38,075 bases of DNA, taken from the NCBI GenBank assembly GCA_937863565.1, contig CALMGJ010000026.1:1-38075 (forward strand), read 5' to 3'. Both the position numbers and the translations under genes were made by a program. Positions 26,352 to 34,460 of the stretch are shown one piece after another (the first letter of the stretch is position 1; the number at the start of each line of letters is the position of its first letter). This DNA comes from an uncultured bacterium. GTDB taxonomy: Bacteria > AUK180. The notes beneath the pieces are model-generated. The model was given only the letters and a program-made list of their open reading frames with translations. It ran no database searches and was not told where the DNA came from.

Positions 26352-27490
26352 TTCACACCCCCGCATTTTTCAACGGCCATTTTCACCGCCTCCTGCATGG
26401 AAGATGTCGCGGGGAGTTTCAGTCCTTTAAGTATCTCAACTCCTTCACTTTGATTCGTACCTGTAAGCCGGATCACGATAGGAAGGCTTATCGGGCTTTT
26501 TAAAAGGGCTTCTTTAATGCCTTTCGCCACATCGTCGCAGCGTGTTATACCTCCGAATATATTGAAAAGGATCGCCTTCACCCTTGGATTTCTCGTGATG
26601 ATCTTAAGGGCATTGACCACCTTATCGGGATTTGAGGAGCCCCCGATATCGAGGAAGTTCGCAGGATCGCCGCCGAAATGCTTGATCATGTCCATCGTGG
26701 CCATTGCCAGGCCGGCACCGTTCACGATACATCCGATATCGCCGTCCAGCGCGACAAAGCTGAGATTAGCGTTCTTGGCATCGATCTCATCGCGGTTCTT
26801 ATCGTCCTGATTTGCGAACCGCTCCATCTCCTTGAGGAAGGGAAAACCGTTATCATCGATAACGGTCTTGGAATCGAGCGCAAGAACCCTCTTTCCCGAA
26901 GTTATGATGAGCGGGTTTATCTCTACTAGGGAAAGATACAGTTCATTGAACATTTCGTACATTTTCCCGGCGATATGCTTCATCTGGTATATCACGCTCT
27001 GGTCGCTGATCTCGAGATGCCTGAAAAGTTTAAGGAAATGGTGGGATCTTAGGCCGATGAGCGGATCGATGTCCATCTTGAGAACGGCTGCGGCATCCTT
27101 TTTCGCGACTTCTTCGATATCCATTCCGCCCTGTCCGCAAGCGATTAGCGTTATCTTCTCCGTTGCCCTGTTGGTGAGGATGGACATATATATCTCTTTA
27201 TCAATGTTAACGCCTTCTTCGATAAGCACCTTCTCAACGGCAAAACCTTTTATCCGCAGAGAGAACACGTCGTCAACCGCGCGATCCAGTTCCGCCTCGT
27301 TTTTTACGACCTTTATTCCGCCGGACTTCCCCCGGCCGCCGGTCAGAACCTGGGCTTTTACAACAACAGGGAAGCCTGCCTGCAGTGCATAGCCGACAGC
27401 ATCGCTTCTGTTCACGGCCAATTTCCCTTTAGGGATCGGGATCCGGTATTGAGCGAACAGCTCCTTGCCCTGATATTCGTACAGGTTCAT
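26348..27490 (-). CDS. sucC: Succinyl-CoA synthetase beta subunit
   Basis: MNLYEYQGKELF, VVKAQV.TGGRGKSGG, EINPL, GCIVNGAGLAMATMD, PANFLDIGG, NIFGGITRCD, RLTGTN. Confidence 0.97.
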   Translation of the reverse strand: MNLYEYQGKELFAQYRIPIPKGKLAVNRSDAVGYALQAGFPVVVKAQVLTGGRGKSGGIKVVKNEAELDRAVDDVFSLRIKGFAVEKVLIEEGVNIDKEIYMSILTNRATEKITLIACGQGGMDIEEVAKKDAAAVLKMDIDPLIGLRSHHFLKLFRHLEISDQSVIYQMKHIAGKMYEMFNELYLSLVEINPLIITSGKRVLALDSKTVIDDNGFPFLKEMERFANQDDKNRDEIDAKNANLSFVALDGDIGCIVNGAGLAMATMDMIKHFGGDPANFLDIGGSSNPDKVVNALKIITRNPRVKAILFNIFGGITRCDDVAKGIKEALLKSPISLPIVIRLTGTNQSEGVEILKGLKLPATSSMQEAVKMAVEKCGGVK

Positions 27491-27499
27491 ATCGAGCTC

Positions 27500-28324
27500 C
27501 TATCTTAAATATTTTAAAATGATCACTTTGTTTTTCATTTTCAGGACCTCTTCAGCGGATAAAGATATTTCGGACATTTCCTCCTTATCGCCGTACAAGG
27601 CAATGAATTTTTCCGGCCCGGTGATCGGGAAATCCACCTTATCGGTCTTGAAATGCATTGGAACAATGATATTGGGAGCGATTCCGTCAAGGATCTCACC
27701 GGCCTTTTGATGATCTATTGTAAAATGGCCGCCCACCGGGATCAGGACGATATTCGCGCCCTTCAAGGCGTTCATGATCTTCTCGTCAGGCATGCATCCC
27801 TGGTCCCCCAGATGCACAAGAACAAGTCCCGAAGCGAATCTGATCTTCGTGATCAGATTCGCCCCGCGCTCCTTGCCGCGCTTTTCATCATGGAATGACG
27901 CGTACATCGTTATGCTATTGTCCCCTTCTCTGTATTCCCCTTCTTTATCGATTATCCGCGGTGTATTTTTCGCTCCGGCCGCATGGTTATGATCCGCATG
28001 AGAATGAGAGACCGTGACAATATCGGCTTCGGCATCAACGGGAGCATACCGCAGTGAATTCCCGAAAGCGCCGGGTTCATACGGGTCCGTGATCACGGTT
28101 ATCCCGTCATTGATGAGAAAACAGGAATGCCCGAGCCATTTAATGTTCATTACACCCTCCTTCATTGTTTGTTCAACGGACAGGCCTCCTGCAGCGGAGC
28201 TCTCCGGCGCCGGGAGCGGTCTTTTCCGTCCGTTCCCCGCGCCGCCGCATGTCAGAAGGACCGCGGCCAGCATCAAGACTCCTGCCCTGAGAAGCGCTTT
28301 ATCCGTTCTTTCTTTTCCAGTCAT
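27500..28324 (-). CDS. MBL-fold metallo-hydrolase (Lactamase_B_3-like), with a possible lipoprotein N-terminal extension
   Basis: WLGHSCF, TDPY, SHSHADHN, HD, HLGD, IPVGG.FTI, PMHF. Catalytic-domain ATG at 28150 has a strong RBS; an in-frame upstream ATG at 28324 adds a LLTC lipobox leader. Confidence 0.85.
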   Translation of the reverse strand: MTGKERTDKALLRAGVLMLAAVLLTCGGAGNGRKRPLPAPESSAAGGLSVEQTMKEGVMNIKWLGHSCFLINDGITVITDPYEPGAFGNSLRYAPVDAEADIVTVSHSHADHNHAAGAKNTPRIIDKEGEYREGDNSITMYASFHDEKRGKERGANLITKIRFASGLVLVHLGDQGCMPDEKIMNALKGANIVLIPVGGHFTIDHQKAGEILDGIAPNIIVPMHFKTDKVDFPITGPEKFIALYGDKEEMSEISLSAEEVLKMKNKVIILKYLR

Positions 28325-28754
28325 AAGGGATCTCTGACGTATCCCACGCCAGCCTGTATTCGTCGGGCTGATCCCGGTTATAAGGTTCCGTGACGATATT
28401 GAGCACGATGCTTTCATGTTCGGATACGCACATGAACCCGTGGTATACGTGAGCGGGTATTTTTATCAAAATGGGATTTTTCTCCCCTGCGTAGAACTCG
28501 TTCGTTTCCCCTTTCGTTTTTGATCCGGAACGGCTGTCATAGAGGACTATCTTCATCATTCCCGATATCACCGCCATGTAGTCGTCCTGTTTTTTATGGT
28601 AATGCCAGGCCTTGACAATATCGGGATACGCCGATGTGACATATGCCTGTCCGAACGCGGAAAAGATCCCGTCGTCACGCCTCAGCACTTCCAGCAGATT
28701 TCCCCTTTCATCACAGCGCCATTTCAGGGCTTTGATCTCAACACCTTCGATCAT
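28299..28754 (-). CDS. rmlC: dTDP-4-dehydrorhamnose 3,5-epimerase family cupin
   Basis: MIEGV, DERG..LE, FGQAY, VKAWHYH..Q.D, IP..VYHGF, IPYDW; GGGGAG RBS before ATG 28754; adjacent to rmlA. Confidence 0.85.
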   Translation of the reverse strand: MIEGVEIKALKWRCDERGNLLEVLRRDDGIFSAFGQAYVTSAYPDIVKAWHYHKKQDDYMAVISGMMKIVLYDSRSGSKTKGETNEFYAGEKNPILIKIPAHVYHGFMCVSEHESIVLNIVTEPYNRDQPDEYRLAWDTSEIPYDWKRKNG

Positions 28755-28758
28755 AATA

Positions 28759-29832
28759 TCACTCCCCCAGTACGATCCGTGAATTATCCCCCACCATGAA
28801 CGAATTGTTCTTGGGTTTTTCGGATACGGCAAGTATGCTAACGTTCTTTCCGATCAGAGAATCGGTAAGCCTTTTTTTTATATCCTTTATTTCGGCGGCC
28901 TCGAGCACGATGGAATTCTCCACTTCGCAATGCGATAAAGTCACGCCGTTCGCGATGGCGGAATAAGGGCCGATATAGGCACTGTTTATCTTCACATCAT
29001 CCCCGATCACGAGAGGTCCCCTCAGAACAGAATTGCGGATCACGCATTTCTTTCCGATCTTCGTTCGCCCTTCGATTCTTGAAGCGGTAACCTTCGTTGT
29101 TCGCGGAATGTCTCCGGCATTCTCTGCATCCAGGATTATCCTGTTGGCCTCGAGTAGATCCTCAAGTTTCCCGGTATCTTTCCACCAGCCGTCCACGAAA
29201 GAGTGCCCGAGATTATATCCGTTCTCGAGAAGACCTTGAATAGCCTCTGTGATCTCATATTCGCCCCTTTTTGACGGTTTCAATTTTCTGATTATGTCAT
29301 GGATCCTGCCATTGAAAATATATACTCCGCATAAGGCCCATTTAGAAGGCGGGTCTTTCGGTTTTTCTACAAGACGGACGATACGGTTCTTTTTGAATTC
29401 CACAACGCCGAACAGCCGCGGGTCCTCAACCTTCGTGAGCAGGATCTTTCCGTCTAGCTTTTTTTCCTCGAACTCGCGGATGAAACCCTTAAGGTCATGA
29501 TTGAGCAGATTATCTCCGAGATAAAGTATGAACGGCGATCTTCCGAGGAATTTTGCTGCACAGAGGACGGCATGTGCGATCCCGAGAGGTTCGGGCTGTC
29601 TTATAAATTTGATCCTGGCCTTTCCCCACTTTGCAGCGGCTACGGTCGACCGTATCTCATCAATGCTGTCTCCTGCCACAATGCCGATCTCGTTGACGCC
29701 CGAAGCGATCAGTTTTTCGATGCCGTAGAACAGGATCGGTTTATTCGCGACCGGGATAAGCTGTTTCGAGGATGTATATGTGAGCGGTCTTAATCGCGTT
29801 CCCTTGCCGCCGCTTAATATGAGGCCCTTCAT
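28759..29832 (-). CDS. rmlA: Glucose-1-phosphate thymidylyltransferase, long form
   Basis: GLILSGGKGTRLRPLT...KQLIPVANKP, Q.EPLGIAHAV, YLGDN, EKP, RGEYEIT, WWKDTG; C-terminal hexapeptide-repeat domain. Confidence 0.92.
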   Translation of the reverse strand: MKGLILSGGKGTRLRPLTYTSSKQLIPVANKPILFYGIEKLIASGVNEIGIVAGDSIDEIRSTVAAAKWGKARIKFIRQPEPLGIAHAVLCAAKFLGRSPFILYLGDNLLNHDLKGFIREFEEKKLDGKILLTKVEDPRLFGVVEFKKNRIVRLVEKPKDPPSKWALCGVYIFNGRIHDIIRKLKPSKRGEYEITEAIQGLLENGYNLGHSFVDGWWKDTGKLEDLLEANRIILDAENAGDIPRTTKVTASRIEGRTKIGKKCVIRNSVLRGPLVIGDDVKINSAYIGPYSAIANGVTLSHCEVENSIVLEAAEIKDIKKRLTDSLIGKNVSILAVSEKPKNNSFMVGDNSRIVLGE

Positions 29833-29839
29833 GCCGAGA

Positions 29840-30388
29840 TCAGAAAGTCTGTCCGCCTTTGACCCGGAGGGTGAACTCGCCGAAGACCGCAGATGCCTTT
29901 ATGATAAGGTGGGGCGCCTTTTCATCCATATCCGGCGATCTGTAGTTATGAGCGCCGAAGGCCACATTGTTCCCGTCGGGAATATTAGCGCTTCCGAATG
30001 CCGCGGAGGTCTCGAGGACATATGGCATGCCTTCCGGGATGGTCAGTTCTCCGGAACCGAAAACCACATTCACTTCCACAAATGTGTTCTTTTCTATTTT
30101 GTCGATCTGGGAGATATCGATCTTCCCGCTTCCAAAAAGGACATTATATCTGTACGGACCGGCGGGATCCACGATATACTTTTCCTCGAACATGACCGAA
30201 TTCTTGTTCTTTTTTATAAATGAGGTGCCTACGAGCAATTTTATCCCGAGATAGATGATGAGAAGCGCCAGAATGATCCTGAACATGGGTATCTTCACGC
30301 CGAAGATAACATTCAGTATGATCCCTACTCCGAGAAGGATCAGTATCAGCCCCCAGAACAGCCCGCTGCAGATGAATCCGCATTTCAT
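29840..30388 (-). CDS. LiaF-like (DUF2154-type) membrane protein
   Basis: FWGLILILLG TM hairpins followed by repeated V.FG...ID / VVFG.GEL.IP / AAFG / AVFGE beta-strand motifs; AGGAGGAG RBS before ATG 30388. Confidence 0.7.
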   Translation of the reverse strand: MKCGFICSGLFWGLILILLGVGIILNVIFGVKIPMFRIILALLIIYLGIKLLVGTSFIKKNKNSVMFEEKYIVDPAGPYRYNVLFGSGKIDISQIDKIEKNTFVEVNVVFGSGELTIPEGMPYVLETSAAFGSANIPDGNNVAFGAHNYRSPDMDEKAPHLIIKASAVFGEFTLRVKGGQTF

Positions 30389-30448
30389 ATTACTCCTCCT
30401 TTTTAAGATCAATGCCCTGCTCTTATGAGCAGGATATATGTCCGCCTT

Positions 30449-30477
30449 ATTATACAACAAATATTGGACTTCGGCAA
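30449..30477 (-). promoter_or_regulatory. Putative sigma70 promoter for the liaF-like/rmlA/rmlC/.../folD run
   Basis: Minus strand TTGCCG (30477-30472), 17 nt, TATAAT (30454-30449). Confidence 0.65.
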
Positions 30478-30491
30478 AAACATGCTGTAAC

Positions 30492-30507
30492 CCGGCCTGA
30501 AAGCCGG
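30492..30507 (-). terminator. Possible terminator hairpin after mscS
   Basis: CCGGC-N6-GCCGG inverted repeat just after the mscS stop. The U-tract is weak and offset. Confidence 0.3.
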
Positions 30508-30515
30508 CGGAACAA

Positions 30516-31352
30516 TTACTGCCGGCGGCCGGCGATTTCTCCGCCGCTGTCCTTTAAATGAACGTTCAGGCTCTTGAACGGTATCTCGATGCCTTTTTCG
30601 TCGAACCTCAATTTGGCTTCTTCATTGAGGGCGTACAGAACATCCCAATAATTCTCTTTTTTCACCCAGACCTTCATGACGAGGTCCACGGAACTCTCAC
30701 CGAGCTTGCTTACCGCAACTACAGGGGCGGGATCCTTTAATATATCGGTATGGGATGCGATCAGATCGCCCAGTACATCCTTGGCCAATTTAAGGTCTGC
30801 GTCATACGCTATTCCCACAACAAGGTCCAGTCTTCTTGTATCCATCGCCGAATAATTTATTATATGCGAAGAGATCACGCTATTGTTCGGTATCGATATC
30901 TTTTTATTGTCGAAAGAAAGAAGCACGGTATGGAAAATATCCACCTCTTTAACGCTTCCGTCAACACCCGCCACCGATATATAATCTCCAACATCGTACG
31001 CCTTGAAGAAGATCAGCATGATGCCGGCCGCAAGGTTCGCAAGGGAGTCCTTGAAGGCAAATGCGATGGCAACACCTGCGGATCCCAGGATGGCAATGAA
31101 TGATGTGGTCGGGATCCCCAGCTTTCCCAGCGCCATCAGGACCACCATCACTATGATAAGGTAGTGTATCACGTCGGCAAGGAAGCGTGTGACCGTAGCT
31201 CTAAGTTGGATCTTTGAGGAGGCTTTTAAGAAAACCCTTTTTATCCCTCCTGCGAAGAGGAGACCGACAGTGAAAATGATGACCGCATATATGATGTTCG
31301 GCCCGTATTTCTTTATGAATTCGATCAGGATATCAAGAAGGTCTTTGATCAT
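30516..31352 (-). CDS. mscS: Small-conductance mechanosensitive channel
   Basis: Three TM helices, LGSAGVAIAFAFKDSLANLAAG, VGDYI, G.V.EVDIFHT, IPN, INYS...RRLDL.VGIAY, GIEIPF. Confidence 0.93.
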   Translation of the reverse strand: MIKDLLDILIEFIKKYGPNIIYAVIIFTVGLLFAGGIKRVFLKASSKIQLRATVTRFLADVIHYLIIVMVVLMALGKLGIPTTSFIAILGSAGVAIAFAFKDSLANLAAGIMLIFFKAYDVGDYISVAGVDGSVKEVDIFHTVLLSFDNKKISIPNNSVISSHIINYSAMDTRRLDLVVGIAYDADLKLAKDVLGDLIASHTDILKDPAPVVAVSKLGESSVDLVMKVWVKKENYWDVLYALNEEAKLRFDEKGIEIPFKSLNVHLKDSGGEIAGRRQ

Positions 31353-32581
31353 ATCGCGCTTGGCAGAATGAATCCGGCTTCATTGCCGTCGCTGCTGTAC
31401 CGGAGGGATCCCATTTGGACGAATTTGATCTCGCCTTCCCGGCCGGTTTCAAGGTCCGTTACGACGGTTAATTCCTTTTTCAGGAAATCCGCCTTTTCAA
31501 CCGAACCCACCGCGATCGCAAAGCCGTCGGCATCGGCAAGGCCGACAAATGTTTTCTCGAGGTATGAGGGCCGGCAGTATCTTGCCCTGTATGAAGCGGC
31601 GATCTCGCCGGCCTTGGCAGGAGTTGTATCTTCCTTGAAAATAATGACATGCCCTTCCCAGGCCGGGAGTTTTTCGGCATACAGGATCTCGTTTTCCTTT
31701 GTTTCGAGCGGCTTGCCCGAGCCGAGGAATACCCTTTCGAACTTAAAGCCCGAGAACGGGAGCGCGATCTTGCGCGAGCCGGCAAAACATCTTCTCGAGA
31801 TCTTTTCCCTGAGTTCTTTTCTTACCGTTTGCGAGGTCGGGGTGGCCTTTCTCGAGACGCTCAATCTTACGATCTTTTCATCCGGCATATGTGCCGTAAG
31901 ATGTTCAAGTTCGCTGTCCCTTTGCATCAGTATCGCAAGATCGGGGTCCACTATTTCGAGTTTTGCCTTTTTTAAACATCTTGCCCCGTCGCCGTGTGTC
32001 CAGCCGGTGGTATTGACGATGAAACAATCGGTATGTTTTTCGGCATACGCCGCGATCTTTGCAATGCCGGCCAAAAATACGGTGAAAAGACCGCCCGGCG
32101 AATGGTTCCCGATAAAATACTGTTTTTGAACCGGTACGTCCGGGAGAGCGAAATAGTGTTTATCGAATATCCCGAACCCTATCGTTCCGGGAGCGCCGAT
32201 ATCGGATTGCCCCGTATCGCTGTCTATGATGCCTGTTCTTTTGTTCATGGCGGTGAGGCGGTTGGCAAGGAATATAGAGAAGAAGGATTTTCCCGTATCC
32301 ACCTCGCCGAGTATAACGACTCTTTTGATGTTTTCTTTCGCTATCCGTTCGGCAATGGCATACCAATTCTCCGGGATCGTATTATGGTCTAATTTCTCGA
32401 ATTTTTCGTTGGAAGGAACGAGTTCCCCGGCCTCTTTGCATATAAACGGCATCTGTTTACCTTCGGGGATATTTATTTCTCCGGACTTGAAGATCGCGCC
32501 GATGAGTTCGAAGGATCCGCTCTTGATTTCAACTTTTATCTCGCCTTTTGCAAGATAGATATCTCCTTTGTTGATCTTCAT
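31349..32581 (-). CDS. Clp1/Grc3/Nol9-family polynucleotide 5'-hydroxyl kinase
   Basis: P-loop GEVDTGKS (32308-32285), DSDTGQSDIGAPGT, VNTTGW, lid RKELRE; N-terminal beta-rich domain and C-terminal VGL.D.DG...VG domain of full-length Clp1/Grc3 proteins. Confidence 0.88.
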   Translation of the reverse strand: MKINKGDIYLAKGEIKVEIKSGSFELIGAIFKSGEINIPEGKQMPFICKEAGELVPSNEKFEKLDHNTIPENWYAIAERIAKENIKRVVILGEVDTGKSFFSIFLANRLTAMNKRTGIIDSDTGQSDIGAPGTIGFGIFDKHYFALPDVPVQKQYFIGNHSPGGLFTVFLAGIAKIAAYAEKHTDCFIVNTTGWTHGDGARCLKKAKLEIVDPDLAILMQRDSELEHLTAHMPDEKIVRLSVSRKATPTSQTVRKELREKISRRCFAGSRKIALPFSGFKFERVFLGSGKPLETKENEILYAEKLPAWEGHVIIFKEDTTPAKAGEIAASYRARYCRPSYLEKTFVGLADADGFAIAVGSVEKADFLKKELTVVTDLETGREGEIKFVQMGSLRYSSDGNEAGFILPSAI

Positions 32582-32967
32582 CTTTCCTTCACCTCGTAAA
32601 CGAGAGTAGGCCAGATCTCTTCAAGCGTTGAGGCATTTATCTTGACCGTCTTTATTATCATATTTTTCCCGATCTTTTTTCCGCTCACGGATACGCTGTC
32701 CCCTGAGACCTTTTCAGCAACGCCGTATATCTCTTCCTCTTCAAGAACAAAAAGGTATTTTTGAGCCTGCTCAATTTCTTCCGGCTTTATTTCCTTCGTT
32801 ACCGAACCAAGACACATTGCAACGATCCCCGGAAGGATCGGCACCCTTTTTCTCAGCAATGAGGCCTCTCTGATGACATCGGCAATGAATTCCATGTTTC
32901 TGTATCTGACGAACAGGGAATCGATATAATCAAGTATGCCTACGAATTCATTCTCCCAGTAACTCAT
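32578..32967 (-). CDS. Hypothetical protein (129 aa) coupled between the DHH and Clp1 genes
   Basis: ATG 32967 lies 1 nt past the DHH stop with GGAG upstream; its stop overlaps the Clp1 ATG (ATGA). No family recognised. Confidence 0.75.
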   Translation of the reverse strand: MSYWENEFVGILDYIDSLFVRYRNMEFIADVIREASLLRKRVPILPGIVAMCLGSVTKEIKPEEIEQAQKYLFVLEEEEIYGVAEKVSGDSVSVSGKKIGKNMIIKTVKINASTLEEIWPTLVYEVKER

Positions 32968-32968
32968 A

Positions 32969-34273
32969 TCACACTCCGTATTTTGCTTTATCGAAACCGG
33001 ACAGCATCTCTTTCGCCATTGAAAGGAACTCATTAAGCGCGTTCACATATGAATAATCCGCGATCTTGACATTGCACTCTGCCGCCTTGGGATGTCCTCC
33101 GCCGGAAATGAATTGTTTTTTATCGTCCGTAACGGTGGATCTCAGTTTTTCCGCCAGCGTGCCGCACAGTTTTCCCGAGTGGACAACACCGCCGGTGGCG
33201 CGCACGGAAAAATGGACGCCGTATCCGATCTTAGCGGCCATGATCAGGATGGCATCTCCCCCTTCGGCAAGATCGAACAGCGCGACCGAACCCAGCATCG
33301 GCATGAGGTTCATCTCTATGCCGGCATAGAGGAACACCCGCGTATCCTCGATCCGGCCCGCTTCCACTGCCGTGGAAAGGAGATCGAGCCCTCTCAGCCA
33401 GTCGTCCTCGAAGCATTTAAGTATCTTCATCGCATGGTCTTTGTGGCCTTTTATATTAAGAAGGTCTTTCTCGCTTTTGAATTTTTTCAGCGGTTGCTTC
33501 GCCTTTCTGAGCCCGATAAGCATTTCGAAGGCCAAGCGGGGCTGGAAAATATCCTTGAGCGACGGGTCCTTGTCATTGTAGAAGAACTGGAAGGCGCCGC
33601 CGGAGATCGCGTGAAGGTCGTGGGTATACCTTGAAAGAAGCGTGCTGTGTTCTTTCTGTGACGCTTCGAACATCGTCGGGGGAAGGTCCGTCCTTTTTTT
33701 CACATATTCCGGATGGTTCGCGGCAAACTCGTCATATAGCGGCCTCACATAATCGGAAACGCTGTCTATGGCCGGGTCTATCGCCCAGTCGCCTTTAAGC
33801 CCCGCCATGGCATAAAAGTCGAGGATATCATCCCTCAGGCCCATCGCAGTTGCGATATTGTGGCAGATATATGAGGCCGAACAGTATGAATTGGGTTTTA
33901 GGGAGGGATTATACCACATCACCTTCTCCGGGACAGCCGGGGTGAAGTGGTGGTCGATGGTTAAAAATTTCACCTTCTCCGAAAAATATTTGTCATATTC
34001 CGACAGTGTTCCCTTGTCCGTTATTATTATCGCTTCATAATTGCCTTCCGGGATATCCTCTTTCCTCAGCGCAAAAGCGGAGGGGAACTCGAGACGGTAA
34101 TCGATCTTAAGATATTCGAATAGCTCGCTCATTATTGCGGCCGAGGAGATCCCGTCGGGATCGTCATGCGAAAAATACAGTATTTTCTTACCCGCAAGGG
34201 ACACGAGAAATTCGGTGATCTTCTTAAAATTCTCATCATTGCTCAAATTCGCGATGAATTCTTTATAGCTCAT
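32969..34273 (-). CDS. DHH/DHHA1-family phosphoesterase
   Basis: SHDDPDGISSA, ITDKG, IDHH, CSASY, AGLKGDW, FSVR, SGGGHPKAA; GAGGTG RBS before ATG 34273. Confidence 0.88.
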   Translation of the reverse strand: MSYKEFIANLSNDENFKKITEFLVSLAGKKILYFSHDDPDGISSAAIMSELFEYLKIDYRLEFPSAFALRKEDIPEGNYEAIIITDKGTLSEYDKYFSEKVKFLTIDHHFTPAVPEKVMWYNPSLKPNSYCSASYICHNIATAMGLRDDILDFYAMAGLKGDWAIDPAIDSVSDYVRPLYDEFAANHPEYVKKRTDLPPTMFEASQKEHSTLLSRYTHDLHAISGGAFQFFYNDKDPSLKDIFQPRLAFEMLIGLRKAKQPLKKFKSEKDLLNIKGHKDHAMKILKCFEDDWLRGLDLLSTAVEAGRIEDTRVFLYAGIEMNLMPMLGSVALFDLAEGGDAILIMAAKIGYGVHFSVRATGGVVHSGKLCGTLAEKLRSTVTDDKKQFISGGGHPKAAECNVKIADYSYVNALNEFLSMAKEMLSGFDKAKYGV

Positions 34274-34300
34274 AGACACCTCTTTATTCCTAAACTATAT

Positions 34301-34328
34301 ATTATACGGGATTTGAAAAATATTGCAA
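34301..34328 (-). promoter_or_regulatory. Putative sigma70 promoter of the DHH-unknown-Clp1-mscS operon
   Basis: Minus strand TTGCAA (34328-34323), 16 nt, TATAAT (34306-34301). Confidence 0.6.
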
Positions 34329-34353
34329 ATAAGCTGCGGACGGCGGCTCTGCT

Positions 34354-34460
34354 TTCCAATATTCATTCTCCATTCTTTTTTACCCGTTAGCCCCCGGGGA
34401 TCTGACTGCTATTTTTTATTTTCTTATTCCTTGTCCATTCTTCATTTTTCATTCTTCATT
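34354..34460. repeat. Degenerate heptamer tandem repeats (consensus CTTCATT / AATGAAG)
   Basis: 34433-34460: GTCCATT CTTCATT TTTCATT CTTCATT; 34354-34374: TTCCAAT ATTCATT CTCCATT. Confidence 0.5.

Noticed and set aside
28299-29832. Complete dTDP-rhamnose or O-antigen cluster
   Set aside because: Only rmlA and rmlC are here; rmlB, rmlD and glycosyltransferases are not adjacent.
31368-32129. 253 aa plus-strand ORF antisense to the Clp1 gene
   Set aside because: Ser/Phe/Pro-rich shadow of a well-supported gene, with no motifs or RBS.
32968-33033. ORF-track N-terminal extensions (also 30389-30460, 28755-28832, 28325-28417)
   Set aside because: They overlap upstream genes or promoters, and downstream ATGs have better RBS or coupling support.
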